DNA of 64,000 nt. Origin: an uncultured Chitinophaga sp. GTDB lineage: Bacteria; Bacteroidota; Bacteroidia; UKL13-3. Every line of letters begins with the position of its first letter. Position 1 is the stretch's first letter. Of this stretch, positions 46,157 to 55,691 are shown in pieces. The notes below the pieces were generated by a model that made no database searches, was not told the origin of the DNA, and worked only from the letters and a program-made list of their open reading frames with translations. The translations under genes and the position numbers were made by a program. The stretch is from assembly GCA_964603255.1 (NCBI GenBank), contig CAZRVA010000002.1, forward strand, positions 1,159 through 65,158. The letters run 5' to 3'.

Positions 46157-47470
46157 ATGGCGCAAATAAGTAAAGTAATAGTAGGATTAGACATTGGAAC
46201 CACAAAAGTGTGTGCCATTATTGGAGCCAAAAACGAGTTTGGTAAGGTAGAAGTATTGGGCATGGGAAAAGCTGATTCACTTGGTGTAATCAGAGGTGAA
46301 GTGCGCAATATCGACAAAACAGTTAAAGCCATTCGTGAAGCAATTGACAAAGCAAAAGCGAGTATGGCCGATAGTAACGTGCGTATTGAAATTAACTCAG
46401 TACACGTTGGTATTGCTGGTCAACATATAAAAAGTAAACAACACCGCAATAGCATAAGCCGTAATAACCCCGAGGATGAAATTTCGTTAGAAGAGGTAGT
46501 TAATTTTATTAAGGAAACAGAAAAGTTAGCTTTACCTCCGGGCGATAAAATTATTCATGTATTACCACAAGAATACCAAGTTGATGATTTTACCGATGTG
46601 TTTGATCCGGTTGGTATGGCAGGTGTGCGTTTATCAGCAAACTTCCACATCATTACAGGCCATGTTGAAGCAATTAAAAACATTAACAAAAGCGTGCATC
46701 GTGCAGGCTTAGATGTAGCTGATTTAATACTTGAACCACTATCATCGGCAGAAGCGGTACTTACTCCGGAGGAAATGGAAGCAGGTGTTTGTCTGGTTGA
46801 TATTGGTGGCGGAACAACAGATGTAGCTATTTTCAAAAAAGGTATCATCAGACATACCGCAGTTATTCCTTTTGGTGGCAACATTATTACCGAAGATGTA
46901 GTAGAAGGCTGCCAAGTATTGCGCAATCAGGCCGAGTTATTAAAAGTTAAATTTGGTTCGGCTGTTGCTGAAGAAAATAAAGAGAACGAAATTGTTTGTA
47001 TACCAGGTTTCCATGGCCGCCCTCCAAAAGAAGTTTCTATTAAAAACTTGGCAATGGTTATCCAAGCTCGTGTTGAAGAAATATTTGAATCTGTTTTATA
47101 CCAGATTAAAAGCTCAGGTTACGAGCGTAAACTTAATGCGGGTATTGTAATTACAGGTGGTGGCTCACAACTAAAAGACATCAGTAAATTAGTTGAATAC
47201 GTTACAGGACTTGACACTCGCGTTGGTTATCCAAACGAGCACATTGCAAAATCAATTGTAGATGAAATTAAAAGCCCGATGTACGCAACTGCTGTTGGTT
47301 TAGTGCTTAAAGGCTTAAACGAAGGATACGAGGTAGAAATAGAATCGTTAACAGAAGAAACACAAAATACCAACAATGCCAAACCACAAAAAACAGGAGG
47401 TTTTTTAAGCAAGTGGCTTGATAAAGGTAAGCAGTGGTTGAACGATGAAGACGATATGAAAGATTTTTAA
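46157..47470 (+). CDS. ftsA: Cell division protein FtsA
   Basis: 437 aa, actin-like ATPase: VGLDIGTTKVCAI, VDIGGGTTDVAIF, ITGGGSQL. Confidence 0.9.
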   Translation: MAQISKVIVGLDIGTTKVCAIIGAKNEFGKVEVLGMGKADSLGVIRGEVRNIDKTVKAIREAIDKAKASMADSNVRIEINSVHVGIAGQHIKSKQHRNSISRNNPEDEISLEEVVNFIKETEKLALPPGDKIIHVLPQEYQVDDFTDVFDPVGMAGVRLSANFHIITGHVEAIKNINKSVHRAGLDVADLILEPLSSAEAVLTPEEMEAGVCLVDIGGGTTDVAIFKKGIIRHTAVIPFGGNIITEDVVEGCQVLRNQAELLKVKFGSAVAEENKENEIVCIPGFHGRPPKEVSIKNLAMVIQARVEEIFESVLYQIKSSGYERKLNAGIVITGGGSQLKDISKLVEYVTGLDTRVGYPNEHIAKSIVDEIKSPMYATAVGLVLKGLNEGYEVEIESLTEETQNTNNAKPQKTGGFLSKWLDKGKQWLNDEDDMKDF

Positions 47471-47498
47471 ATTTAAAACCCAGTAAAAATAAACCGAT

Positions 47499-49259
47499 AT
47501 GAACGCTTTAAAATTTGATCTTCCAAAAGATAAATCGAGCATTATAAAAGTGCTTGGTGTAGGCGGAGGAGGCGGAAATGCCGTTAACCACATGTTTAAC
47601 CAAGGCATTAAAGGGGTTGATTTTGTTATTTGTAATACCGATTTACAAGCGCTTGAAGCTAGCCCGATTCCAAATAAAATTCAACTTGGCGCAAGCTTAA
47701 CAGCAGGTCTTGGTGCTGGTGCTGATCCTGAGAAAGGACATAACAGTGCCATGGAAGCCATTGAAGATATTATTGAAGTATTAGGTGTGAATACCAAAAT
47801 GCTTTTTGTTACTGCGGGTATGGGCGGTGGTACTGGTACTGGTGCCGCTCCGGTAATTGCAAAAGCTGCACGCGAACTTGATATTTTAACGGTAGGTATA
47901 GTAACCACACCATTTAACTTTGAAGGTAAAAAGCGTAAAAGTCATGCCGAAGAAGGCATTGAGCAATTAAAACGTAGTGTTGACTGTTTGCTTATTATTA
48001 ACAACGATAAGATAAAAGACATGTACGGCAATTTGCCAATTCGTACAGCTTTTAGTCATGCCAACGATATTTTAACCATTGCAGCAAAAGGTATTGCCGA
48101 AATTATTACTTACCCTGGTTACATTAACGTGGATTTTGAAGACGTTAAAACAGTAATGCGCAACAGTGGTGTAGCATTAATGGGTAGTGCAAGTGCTGAG
48201 GGTGAAAACAGGGCTATGGATGCTGTTAAAGGAGCATTGGCTTCACCATTGTTAAACGATAATCAAATTCATGGAGCTAAAAATATTTTGCTAAATATAT
48301 CATTTGGTTCAAACGAAGTATTGATGGATGAAATTGATATGATATCAAATTTTGTTCAAGATCAAGCAGGGCAAAACGCAGATGTTATTTTTGGTACTTC
48401 AATTGATGAAACCTTAGGTGATAAATTAGCTGTAACCATTATTTGTACCGGATTTGAAAGTAGGGAAAATAAAATTACATATGCTGCCAACAATGTAATT
48501 AAAGAGCCAACCAAACATGTGTTGTACGAAGCGCCAGCTAAGCCACAAATGATTGTTGCAAACCCTTTAGCCGATATAGTTAAACCTATTGAACCTAAAG
48601 CTGAGATTACTCCGGAGCCAATTGTTGAGGTTACTCCAGAACCAGTTGCAGTTGTTAATCCTGTTAACGAAGTTCCGGTTATTGAAGAAGAAATTGTTCG
48701 ATTTGAATTGAAGCTCGAGGAGGATATTGAAGCTCCGGTAATTGAAAATAAAGTTGAAGAAGTTCAAACCCCAATTGCTGAGATGGAAGTTGAAGCACCA
48801 AAAGCAGAAATCATTCAAGAACCATTCATCAAAACCATTGAACCGGTTTTAAATGAAATTGAATTACCTGAGTTAAACGATGAGTTGATTGAAACACCTC
48901 CGGCAAACTACAACAACACTTTTGTAAATGAGGTTGAAGAAAATGTTACTAATGATTTTGAAGAAGAATTTGACTTCGAAATGAAAGAAGAAACTTCATC
49001 AACCAACACAGAACAAGAAGAACGTATTAAACAAAGCATTGCTCGTTTAAAGAAAATAAAAGAATTAAACTTACAAATTAACACACCTGTAGGTTTAAGG
49101 GATTTAGAAAAAGAGCCTGCCTACGTGCGCAGACAAAAGAAACTAAATGAAGTACCACATTCGTCAGAAAACGCAGTATCTCGTTTAAGTTTATTTGATG
49201 ATGGTACCAACAATGGAATCAGAACCAACAACAGTTTTTTGCATGATAATGTAGATTAA
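47499..49259 (+). CDS. ftsZ: Cell division protein FtsZ with an extended acidic C-terminal linker
   Basis: 586 aa with tubulin signature GGGTGTGAAPV and GVGGGGGNAVN. A Pro/Glu/Val/Ile-rich linker of roughly 200 aa precedes the conserved C-terminal peptide (LEKEPAYVRRQKKL) and tail. Confidence 0.95.
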   Translation: MNALKFDLPKDKSSIIKVLGVGGGGGNAVNHMFNQGIKGVDFVICNTDLQALEASPIPNKIQLGASLTAGLGAGADPEKGHNSAMEAIEDIIEVLGVNTKMLFVTAGMGGGTGTGAAPVIAKAARELDILTVGIVTTPFNFEGKKRKSHAEEGIEQLKRSVDCLLIINNDKIKDMYGNLPIRTAFSHANDILTIAAKGIAEIITYPGYINVDFEDVKTVMRNSGVALMGSASAEGENRAMDAVKGALASPLLNDNQIHGAKNILLNISFGSNEVLMDEIDMISNFVQDQAGQNADVIFGTSIDETLGDKLAVTIICTGFESRENKITYAANNVIKEPTKHVLYEAPAKPQMIVANPLADIVKPIEPKAEITPEPIVEVTPEPVAVVNPVNEVPVIEEEIVRFELKLEEDIEAPVIENKVEEVQTPIAEMEVEAPKAEIIQEPFIKTIEPVLNEIELPELNDELIETPPANYNNTFVNEVEENVTNDFEEEFDFEMKEETSSTNTEQEERIKQSIARLKKIKELNLQINTPVGLRDLEKEPAYVRRQKKLNEVPHSSENAVSRLSLFDDGTNNGIRTNNSFLHDNVD

Positions 49260-49282
49260 TGTAAAACATAACTACCTATAAA

Positions 49283-49318
49283 AATCCCCAAATTGAAGTT
49301 TCAGTTTGGGGATTTTTT
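49283..49318 (+). terminator. Rho-independent terminator after ftsZ
   Basis: Stem AATCCCCAAA (49283-92) / TTTGGGGATT (49305-14), followed by a T-run to 49318. Confidence 0.75.
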
Positions 49319-49689
49319 ATGCCCAAAATTTCGTAATTCAGTTACAAACGGATTTTGTTAGAGTATAACAAGAACCTAAACTCCTGTCAAACACAAACAT
49401 CAAAACATTTTACAAGTATTATAGGTTAAACAGCAAAACAAATTAGCTAACCGAAACTTAACCGTTTAGTAACGACTATTAGTATCATTAGCCAATACAT
49501 TTGTGAGTTGAGAGCTAAATGTAATTTACCAAAATAGTTTAAAACAAGATTAAAAGGCCAACGTGTTTATACAGTTAAATATGCTTTATAAATAAATACA
49601 TAGCAACTTAAACTTAAAAAAAGTAAATTGCTATTTACATCAACCCTACAAATAAAATAATTGATTTCAAGCATATTAACAGTTTAAAC

Positions 49690-52600
49690 ATGTATAACCA
49701 AATGCTAAGAAAAATAAACCACGATATGAGAAGGATGTACATTATGTCTAGAGCACTTTCATGGATTTTTTTGATAGTGGCAACTTTTGCAGGACCGAAA
49801 AGTTGGGGGCAGACATATTACAATATGTCTTCAGGTAATTATTCTCAAAACTTTGCTGACATCGCAAACTGGACAAATAACTACGCATCGGGAATTGGAG
49901 CAAACAACTGGAAAGTAGCTTCTTCAGCAACTGGTTCTACAATTAACAATACAACAGTCTTTAGCACGGGTACTGCAGGCGGTGTACAAAAAGGCACACA
50001 ATCTTTAATCATACTAGCAACAGGAACCAACTCGGCAGCTACTGATTTGCTATTGAACTTTTCTAATAGAATAGTTGGTGATTTAAGCTTAAATTGGTCA
50101 AAAGTAGCTAACACTGCTGATGCAAACCCTAGAAGTTCAGACCTGAAAATTCAATACAGCACCGATGGAGGAAATAGTTTTGTTGACATGACTGGATACA
50201 CTATTCCAAGAATACTTAATAATTCTAACACCGAATCAGGAATTCTGAACATTCCATTACCATCTGCTTTAAACAATCAAAATCAAGTTATAATTAGATT
50301 CTTTGTTTGGAATAACAGCCAAGCAGGAGGTTCTGGCAACAGGCCTAAATGGCAATTAGATGATATATCAATTTCTTCAACAGGAAACACTTGCACAACT
50401 CCTTCAACACAACCAACAACATTCACCTCAAATAACATCACAACAAATACAGCCAACATTAACTTTACAAGAGGAAATGGCACAGGTGGTGTATTGGTAA
50501 TTGGTCGTGCAGGAAGTGCTGTTGTTACTGCACCAACCAATGGCACAACATACAATGCAAATACTTCTTTTGGTAATGGTGATGCCATTGGCAGTGGATT
50601 TGTAGTGTATAACGGAACAGCAGCAGGAGCATCTAACCCAACCGGAAACATTAGCTTAACCAATTTAACAGCAAACACAACTTATCATTTTGCAGCATAC
50701 GAATACAACAGCATTGATAATTGTTATAACTTAAGCAATGCGCTAACGGGTTCGTTAACCACACTTGCATCAGAACCAACAACTCAACCCAACTCACTTG
50801 CGTTTACAAATGTTACGGCAAGCGGGTTTACACTTGGTTGGACAAACGGAAATGGATCGAACAGAATAGTGCTAATTAAAGCAAATGGCGCTGTTGATGC
50901 TACTCCAACAGACGCAACTGCATACACAGCAAATACAACATTTGCATCGGGTACGCAAATTGGTACCGGAAATTATGTGGTATTTAACGGTACGGCAAAC
51001 TCCGTAAATGTAACTGGTTTATCGGCCAACACAACTTACCATGTAGCTGTTTACGAATTTAACGGAAGTTCATCATCAATAAATTATTTAACTACTTCGC
51101 CTCTTACAGGTAGTAGAAGTTCATTGGTAACAGCGCCTTCAACGGCAGCATCGGCAGTATCTGTTGGTGCCAAAACATCAAACTCCATAACACTTAATTG
51201 GACAAATGGTAATGGTTCGAACAGAATAGTTGTAGCCAGAACCTCGGGCACATCGGCAACTACTCCAACCAATGGAACAAACTATACAGTAAACAGCAAC
51301 AGTTTTGCAGATGCAACAAACCCAACCACCGCAACCGGAAGAGTTGTGGTGTATAATGGTAATACAAATACCACAACCATAACCGGATTAAATGCAGCAA
51401 CATCATACAGTTTTGATGTTTATGAGTATAATGGAAACGGATTAACATCAAACTACAGCGCAGCATCAAGCATTACTTCACAATATACTTTATCAACCGA
51501 GCCTACACAACATGCAGCAAGTTTTACCGCACAAGCAACAACGGCCACAAACATTAATTTAAGCTTTTCTGCGGCAAACACTTTACCTGCATCAGGTTAT
51601 TTATTGTTAAAAAAGGCATCGGCTTTTGTTATCGGTGATTATCCTGTAGATGGAAATGCATACAATGTTGGTAGTACAATTGGCGAAAACGGTGCAACGG
51701 TAAATACCATTGTTACAAACAACACAATAACCACATCAACCGGAACAAATGTTAGTGCTGATTTAACTGTGCATTATCTGCTTGTTCCATTTAATTGGGA
51801 TGGAACAAACACATCAACCAGAAATTATTTTACAAGCGGCAGCATACCAACGGTAAACGTTACCACACCATCAGGAAGTAGTGATGCGGTTGCGGTGGTT
51901 GGTTCTGAACCTGCTACCATTTCTTCTTTAATAAATGATGAAGCACCTTTAACATCAACAACCGGAGCACAGGTTTGGCAATTTACCATACGCGATGGAG
52001 GAAGCAGTTTAAATGATGCAGACAATTTACCAACTAAAATTTCATCAATAACACTTACACAAAATGCAGGTAACTCGGTATCTACATGGAATACATCAAT
52101 AAAAACCGTTGCGCTTTTTGATGGCAATACTTTATTGGCAACAGGCACCGTGGGCAACCCAACAAACAACATTACTTTTTCGGGTTTATCTTTAATAATT
52201 CCCGATGGGCAAAGCAAAACATTAACAGTACGATTATCATTAAAAAACACATTAGGAACAACCGATGATGGTAAAGATTTTGTATTTAATTTAACCAATG
52301 CAAACATCGCTACATCCACTGATGGAACCAGTTCGGGTGTGGCTTCTTTTGCTGCAATAAACTCGAGTACCGCTGATAACATTATTGCAGTTGTAGCTAC
52401 CAAACTTGATTTTGTGCAGCAACCAACAAATGTAAATATTTGGTCGGCTATAAATCCGGCTGTTACTTTAGAAGCAGTGGATGCAAATGGCAACAGGGAT
52501 ATAGATTACAACACAACCATTTCTTTAACATCAACCGGCATACTAAACACATCACCCCAAACCGCAACACCAACAAGCGGACTTGCTACATTTAATAACA

Positions 52601-55407
52601 TTGTACATACTAAAGTTGGCAGTGCCATACAACTAACAGCCGCGTCTGGCACGCTTACATCAGCTGTCTCGAACACTATTGATGTACTGCTGGCACCATT
52701 ACAATTTGCCGAATGGAAGTTTACAACAGTTAATACAGATACTAACAATCCCAAAATAAGTGTTTCAGCAATAAGTAGAGGAAATAACAACGGAACAACA
52801 AACCCAAATATCGATAGTACATCTGCATCGTCAGGCTATGCAGGTGCAAGTGGCTTTGGCAATGCAGGTGCAGCTGCCAGAGCAGGTAGTTTAGACACCC
52901 ATGCAAATGGCAGTGCCTATTTTGAATTTACCATAACACCTAACCAAGGCTATAAGGTTGAATTAACCAATATTTCTTTTGGAAATAGAAGCACCGGAAC
53001 CGGCCCACTAGCTTACACTTTAAGAAGTTCTATTGATAATTACACAACAGATATTTTTACAGGAACATTATTAAATAATGGCAATTGGGCTTTAACATCA
53101 AACAGCACTGCTATTAATGTTTTGGTTGATTTAGGCCAAAGCGTAACCTTTAGAATTTATGGTTACAACGGAACAGGCTCACCAGGAACTAATACAACCA
53201 ACTGGAGAATTGATGATTTAAAATTAAGTGGTTATATTACTGACCCTGTTTTTTATTCGAAAACTGTTGGTAATATAAATGATTTAAGTACTTGGGGAAT
53301 GAATACCGATGGAACCGGAACAGCACCAACAAGTTTTAGCATGGATGGCGCAGCTTATATTCTTGCAAATAGAACCAACCCCGAAATACCCTCAAACTGG
53401 GCCGTTACCGGAACATTAGATTTAAAAGACAACATATTAAATATTGGATCGAATACACTTACTGTGAATGGTAATATTACCAGAACAACCGGAACAATAA
53501 AAACCAATGAAGGAACAATTATATTAGGTGGTTCGGTGTCTTCAACCTTATATTTCGATCAAACCACTGATGGTACAACCAACAAACTAAAAGATTTAAC
53601 AATTAATAGAAGTGGTGCAACTGTTGCATTGGGTAACAAACTACAATTAGCACAAAACGGCACCATAACAGTTACCGCAGGTACACTAAATACAAATGGT
53701 TATTTGGTATTAACATCAACAGCAGCAGATACCACAGCACGTATTGCAACATTGCCTCCGGGTGCCACCGTTAGCGGAAATGTGGAAATACAACGGTATA
53801 TAAATGGTGGCGTTGGTTATAGAGGTTGGCGCTACATGAGTTCGCCCGTTGCCAACGCAACATACGCACAGTTAATTGATGATATTTTTATAACCGGCCC
53901 GGGTGGGGCAACAAATGGTTTTGATGTAGCGGGTAATACTTCTTCTGTTATGACTTATGAAGAAGGTGCAAACAGAGGTTGGAAAAACATCAGCTCTCCC
54001 AACAACACTTGGGCCACAGGTAAAGGTGCAATTGTGTTTTTTAGAGGTGATAGAACACAAACATCATCTATAACCAATACCAATGTTGCACCTAATAGCT
54101 TTGCATTAGACTTCAATGGCACTATTAATTCAGGGAGTTATAATGTTAACTTAGATTATGACAACACAGTAGGTGTGTCAACAAATCAAGGTTGGAATTT
54201 AATTGGTAATCCATACCCAAGTCAAATAGATTGGGATTTAGTAACAAAAACAAGTGGAGTAAACAGCCACTATTACTTAATCAATCCAAACTCAAAAAAT
54301 TACATGAGTGCCAATACCGGTATTATTGCCATTGGACAAGGTTTTTTTGTTCAGGTAAATGCGAGTGGCCAATCAGTTACTTTTAATGAAACAAACAAAA
54401 CTGGAGTAAATGGCACCGCGTATTTTAAAACAGCAACCAACCCATTAACCATTAAAATGAACTTGGATAGTGTGCAAAATGATATAGCTAAAATCTTCTT
54501 TTTGAACGGTGCCAATAAAAACTATTTATTTACGGAAGATGCAGTTAAGCTATCAAACACAGTATATAATTTAAGTTTAGTTACACCAAATAGTGTTGAT
54601 GTGCAAAATAGTTATGTGCCACCTTTGGGCGTTACAGGAACAGATACATTTGAGCTTAAAGTAACCTCAACAACCAACACAACATACAGTTTAAGTTTCG
54701 AGAATCTTCAGAGTCTACCAATAAACCGAGCCGTATTATTAATCGATAAAATGAACAATAGTATAACCAATATGAGAGTAACACCTAACTATACCTTTGC
54801 CATTAATAACACCCAAAGCAGTAGTTTTGGCAAACGCTTTTTATTGATTATTACCGACCAACAAAACCCATTGCCTATTAAATTAACCCACTTTAGTGGT
54901 GTAAACCAAGGTGAGTATAATAGGCTAAGTTGGACCACTGCATCAGAGAAAAATCTGATAGCGTTTGAATTACAAAAAGCTACGGATGACTTGAATTTTG
55001 AGTCCATTGGACTTATAAAAGCAAATAACCGAAATACAACAACACATTACAACTTCTCTGATAATCAAGCATACTGTAATAAAAACTTTTACCGACTAAA
55101 ATTAATTTACAGCAACTACAACGAATACTCAAACACAATTGTGTTGAGCAAAAACGAAATTAACAATCAGAAGCAAGTAATTGAGGTTTATCCGAATCCT
55201 GCAAATAATATACTGAACATAAAATCGGCTGATGGAGAAACAATCGATGATTTTAGCATCTTTGACTTTTATGGCAAATTAGTTTTAAATGCTGCAAAAA
55301 CAGATGTGATTGATATAAGCGGGTTAGAGGATGGAAATTATATTTTGCAGGTAGAAATGAATGGTCGGTATTTAAAAACTAAATTCAGCAAAATGTCTAA
55401 TCGATAA
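49690..55407 (+). CDS. Giant modular T9SS-sorted surface protein (adhesin-like)
   Basis: 1905-aa ORF. The true start is probably one of the ATGs at 49726/49735/49744, just before the signal peptide (SRALSWIFLIVATFAGPKSWGQ). It has two beta-sandwich-like domains ending W(Q/R).DD(I/L), four FN3-like repeats, Ig-like middle repeats, a roughly 660-aa module shared with the next gene, and a type-A T9SS CTD (VYPNPANNILNIKS ... GNYILQVEM). Confidence 0.8.
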   Translation: MYNQMLRKINHDMRRMYIMSRALSWIFLIVATFAGPKSWGQTYYNMSSGNYSQNFADIANWTNNYASGIGANNWKVASSATGSTINNTTVFSTGTAGGVQKGTQSLIILATGTNSAATDLLLNFSNRIVGDLSLNWSKVANTADANPRSSDLKIQYSTDGGNSFVDMTGYTIPRILNNSNTESGILNIPLPSALNNQNQVIIRFFVWNNSQAGGSGNRPKWQLDDISISSTGNTCTTPSTQPTTFTSNNITTNTANINFTRGNGTGGVLVIGRAGSAVVTAPTNGTTYNANTSFGNGDAIGSGFVVYNGTAAGASNPTGNISLTNLTANTTYHFAAYEYNSIDNCYNLSNALTGSLTTLASEPTTQPNSLAFTNVTASGFTLGWTNGNGSNRIVLIKANGAVDATPTDATAYTANTTFASGTQIGTGNYVVFNGTANSVNVTGLSANTTYHVAVYEFNGSSSSINYLTTSPLTGSRSSLVTAPSTAASAVSVGAKTSNSITLNWTNGNGSNRIVVARTSGTSATTPTNGTNYTVNSNSFADATNPTTATGRVVVYNGNTNTTTITGLNAATSYSFDVYEYNGNGLTSNYSAASSITSQYTLSTEPTQHAASFTAQATTATNINLSFSAANTLPASGYLLLKKASAFVIGDYPVDGNAYNVGSTIGENGATVNTIVTNNTITTSTGTNVSADLTVHYLLVPFNWDGTNTSTRNYFTSGSIPTVNVTTPSGSSDAVAVVGSEPATISSLINDEAPLTSTTGAQVWQFTIRDGGSSLNDADNLPTKISSITLTQNAGNSVSTWNTSIKTVALFDGNTLLATGTVGNPTNNITFSGLSLIIPDGQSKTLTVRLSLKNTLGTTDDGKDFVFNLTNANIATSTDGTSSGVASFAAINSSTADNIIAVVATKLDFVQQPTNVNIWSAINPAVTLEAVDANGNRDIDYNTTISLTSTGILNTSPQTATPTSGLATFNNIVHTKVGSAIQLTAASGTLTSAVSNTIDVLLAPLQFAEWKFTTVNTDTNNPKISVSAISRGNNNGTTNPNIDSTSASSGYAGASGFGNAGAAARAGSLDTHANGSAYFEFTITPNQGYKVELTNISFGNRSTGTGPLAYTLRSSIDNYTTDIFTGTLLNNGNWALTSNSTAINVLVDLGQSVTFRIYGYNGTGSPGTNTTNWRIDDLKLSGYITDPVFYSKTVGNINDLSTWGMNTDGTGTAPTSFSMDGAAYILANRTNPEIPSNWAVTGTLDLKDNILNIGSNTLTVNGNITRTTGTIKTNEGTIILGGSVSSTLYFDQTTDGTTNKLKDLTINRSGATVALGNKLQLAQNGTITVTAGTLNTNGYLVLTSTAADTTARIATLPPGATVSGNVEIQRYINGGVGYRGWRYMSSPVANATYAQLIDDIFITGPGGATNGFDVAGNTSSVMTYEEGANRGWKNISSPNNTWATGKGAIVFFRGDRTQTSSITNTNVAPNSFALDFNGTINSGSYNVNLDYDNTVGVSTNQGWNLIGNPYPSQIDWDLVTKTSGVNSHYYLINPNSKNYMSANTGIIAIGQGFFVQVNASGQSVTFNETNKTGVNGTAYFKTATNPLTIKMNLDSVQNDIAKIFFLNGANKNYLFTEDAVKLSNTVYNLSLVTPNSVDVQNSYVPPLGVTGTDTFELKVTSTTNTTYSLSFENLQSLPINRAVLLIDKMNNSITNMRVTPNYTFAINNTQSSSFGKRFLLIITDQQNPLPIKLTHFSGVNQGEYNRLSWTTASEKNLIAFELQKATDDLNFESIGLIKANNRNTTTHYNFSDNQAYCNKNFYRLKLIYSNYNEYSNTIVLSKNEINNQKQVIEVYPNPANNILNIKSADGETIDDFSIFDFYGKLVLNAAKTDVIDISGLEDGNYILQVEMNGRYLKTKFSKMSNR
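50392..51840 (+). repeat. Four tandem, roughly 120-aa FN3-like coding repeats
   Basis: Repeats share the pattern PT.QP..(L/F).F(T).....(I/F)T(L).WTNGNGSNRIV(L/V)......(A/T)TPT(D/N)(A/G)T.YT(A/V)N..F......VV(Y/F)NG...(S/T)..(V/I)TGL.A.T.Y...VYE(Y/F)NG. The fourth copy is degenerate. Confidence 0.7.
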
Positions 55408-55691
55408 AGCGTTTATTTAATGTTTAACTTTTGCTATAAGGCTTAATTTGAGATTAAAAAAGTACTATGCTTAGCATTTAAAGTATCATTTTTTCTGCAA
55501 AAAATGTAGTTTGAACGACAGTTTATAGCATTTAATCTGCAATTGCATATAGTGATATCAAGAAATCAACATCTATTCGTTTTTATATTTGGTACTTTGT
55601 TTTACAAAAATAGCCTTAGGTATTATTGTGGCAAAATCATTATACACAGATTAACTATTTTAATACATTTGCTTTAACTAATCGCTAAGCT

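Noticed and set aside
51825-52493. Long antisense ORFs inside well-supported genes: 51825-52493 (222 aa), 8064-8501, 16103-16426, 21725-22099, 22460-22861, 46555-46926, 50283-50678 and many 60-130 aa ORFs in the track.
   Set aside because: Each lies entirely within, and opposite to, a gene with strong family motifs. Their translations are low-complexity or compositionally biased shadows with no recognisable domains or independent start context.
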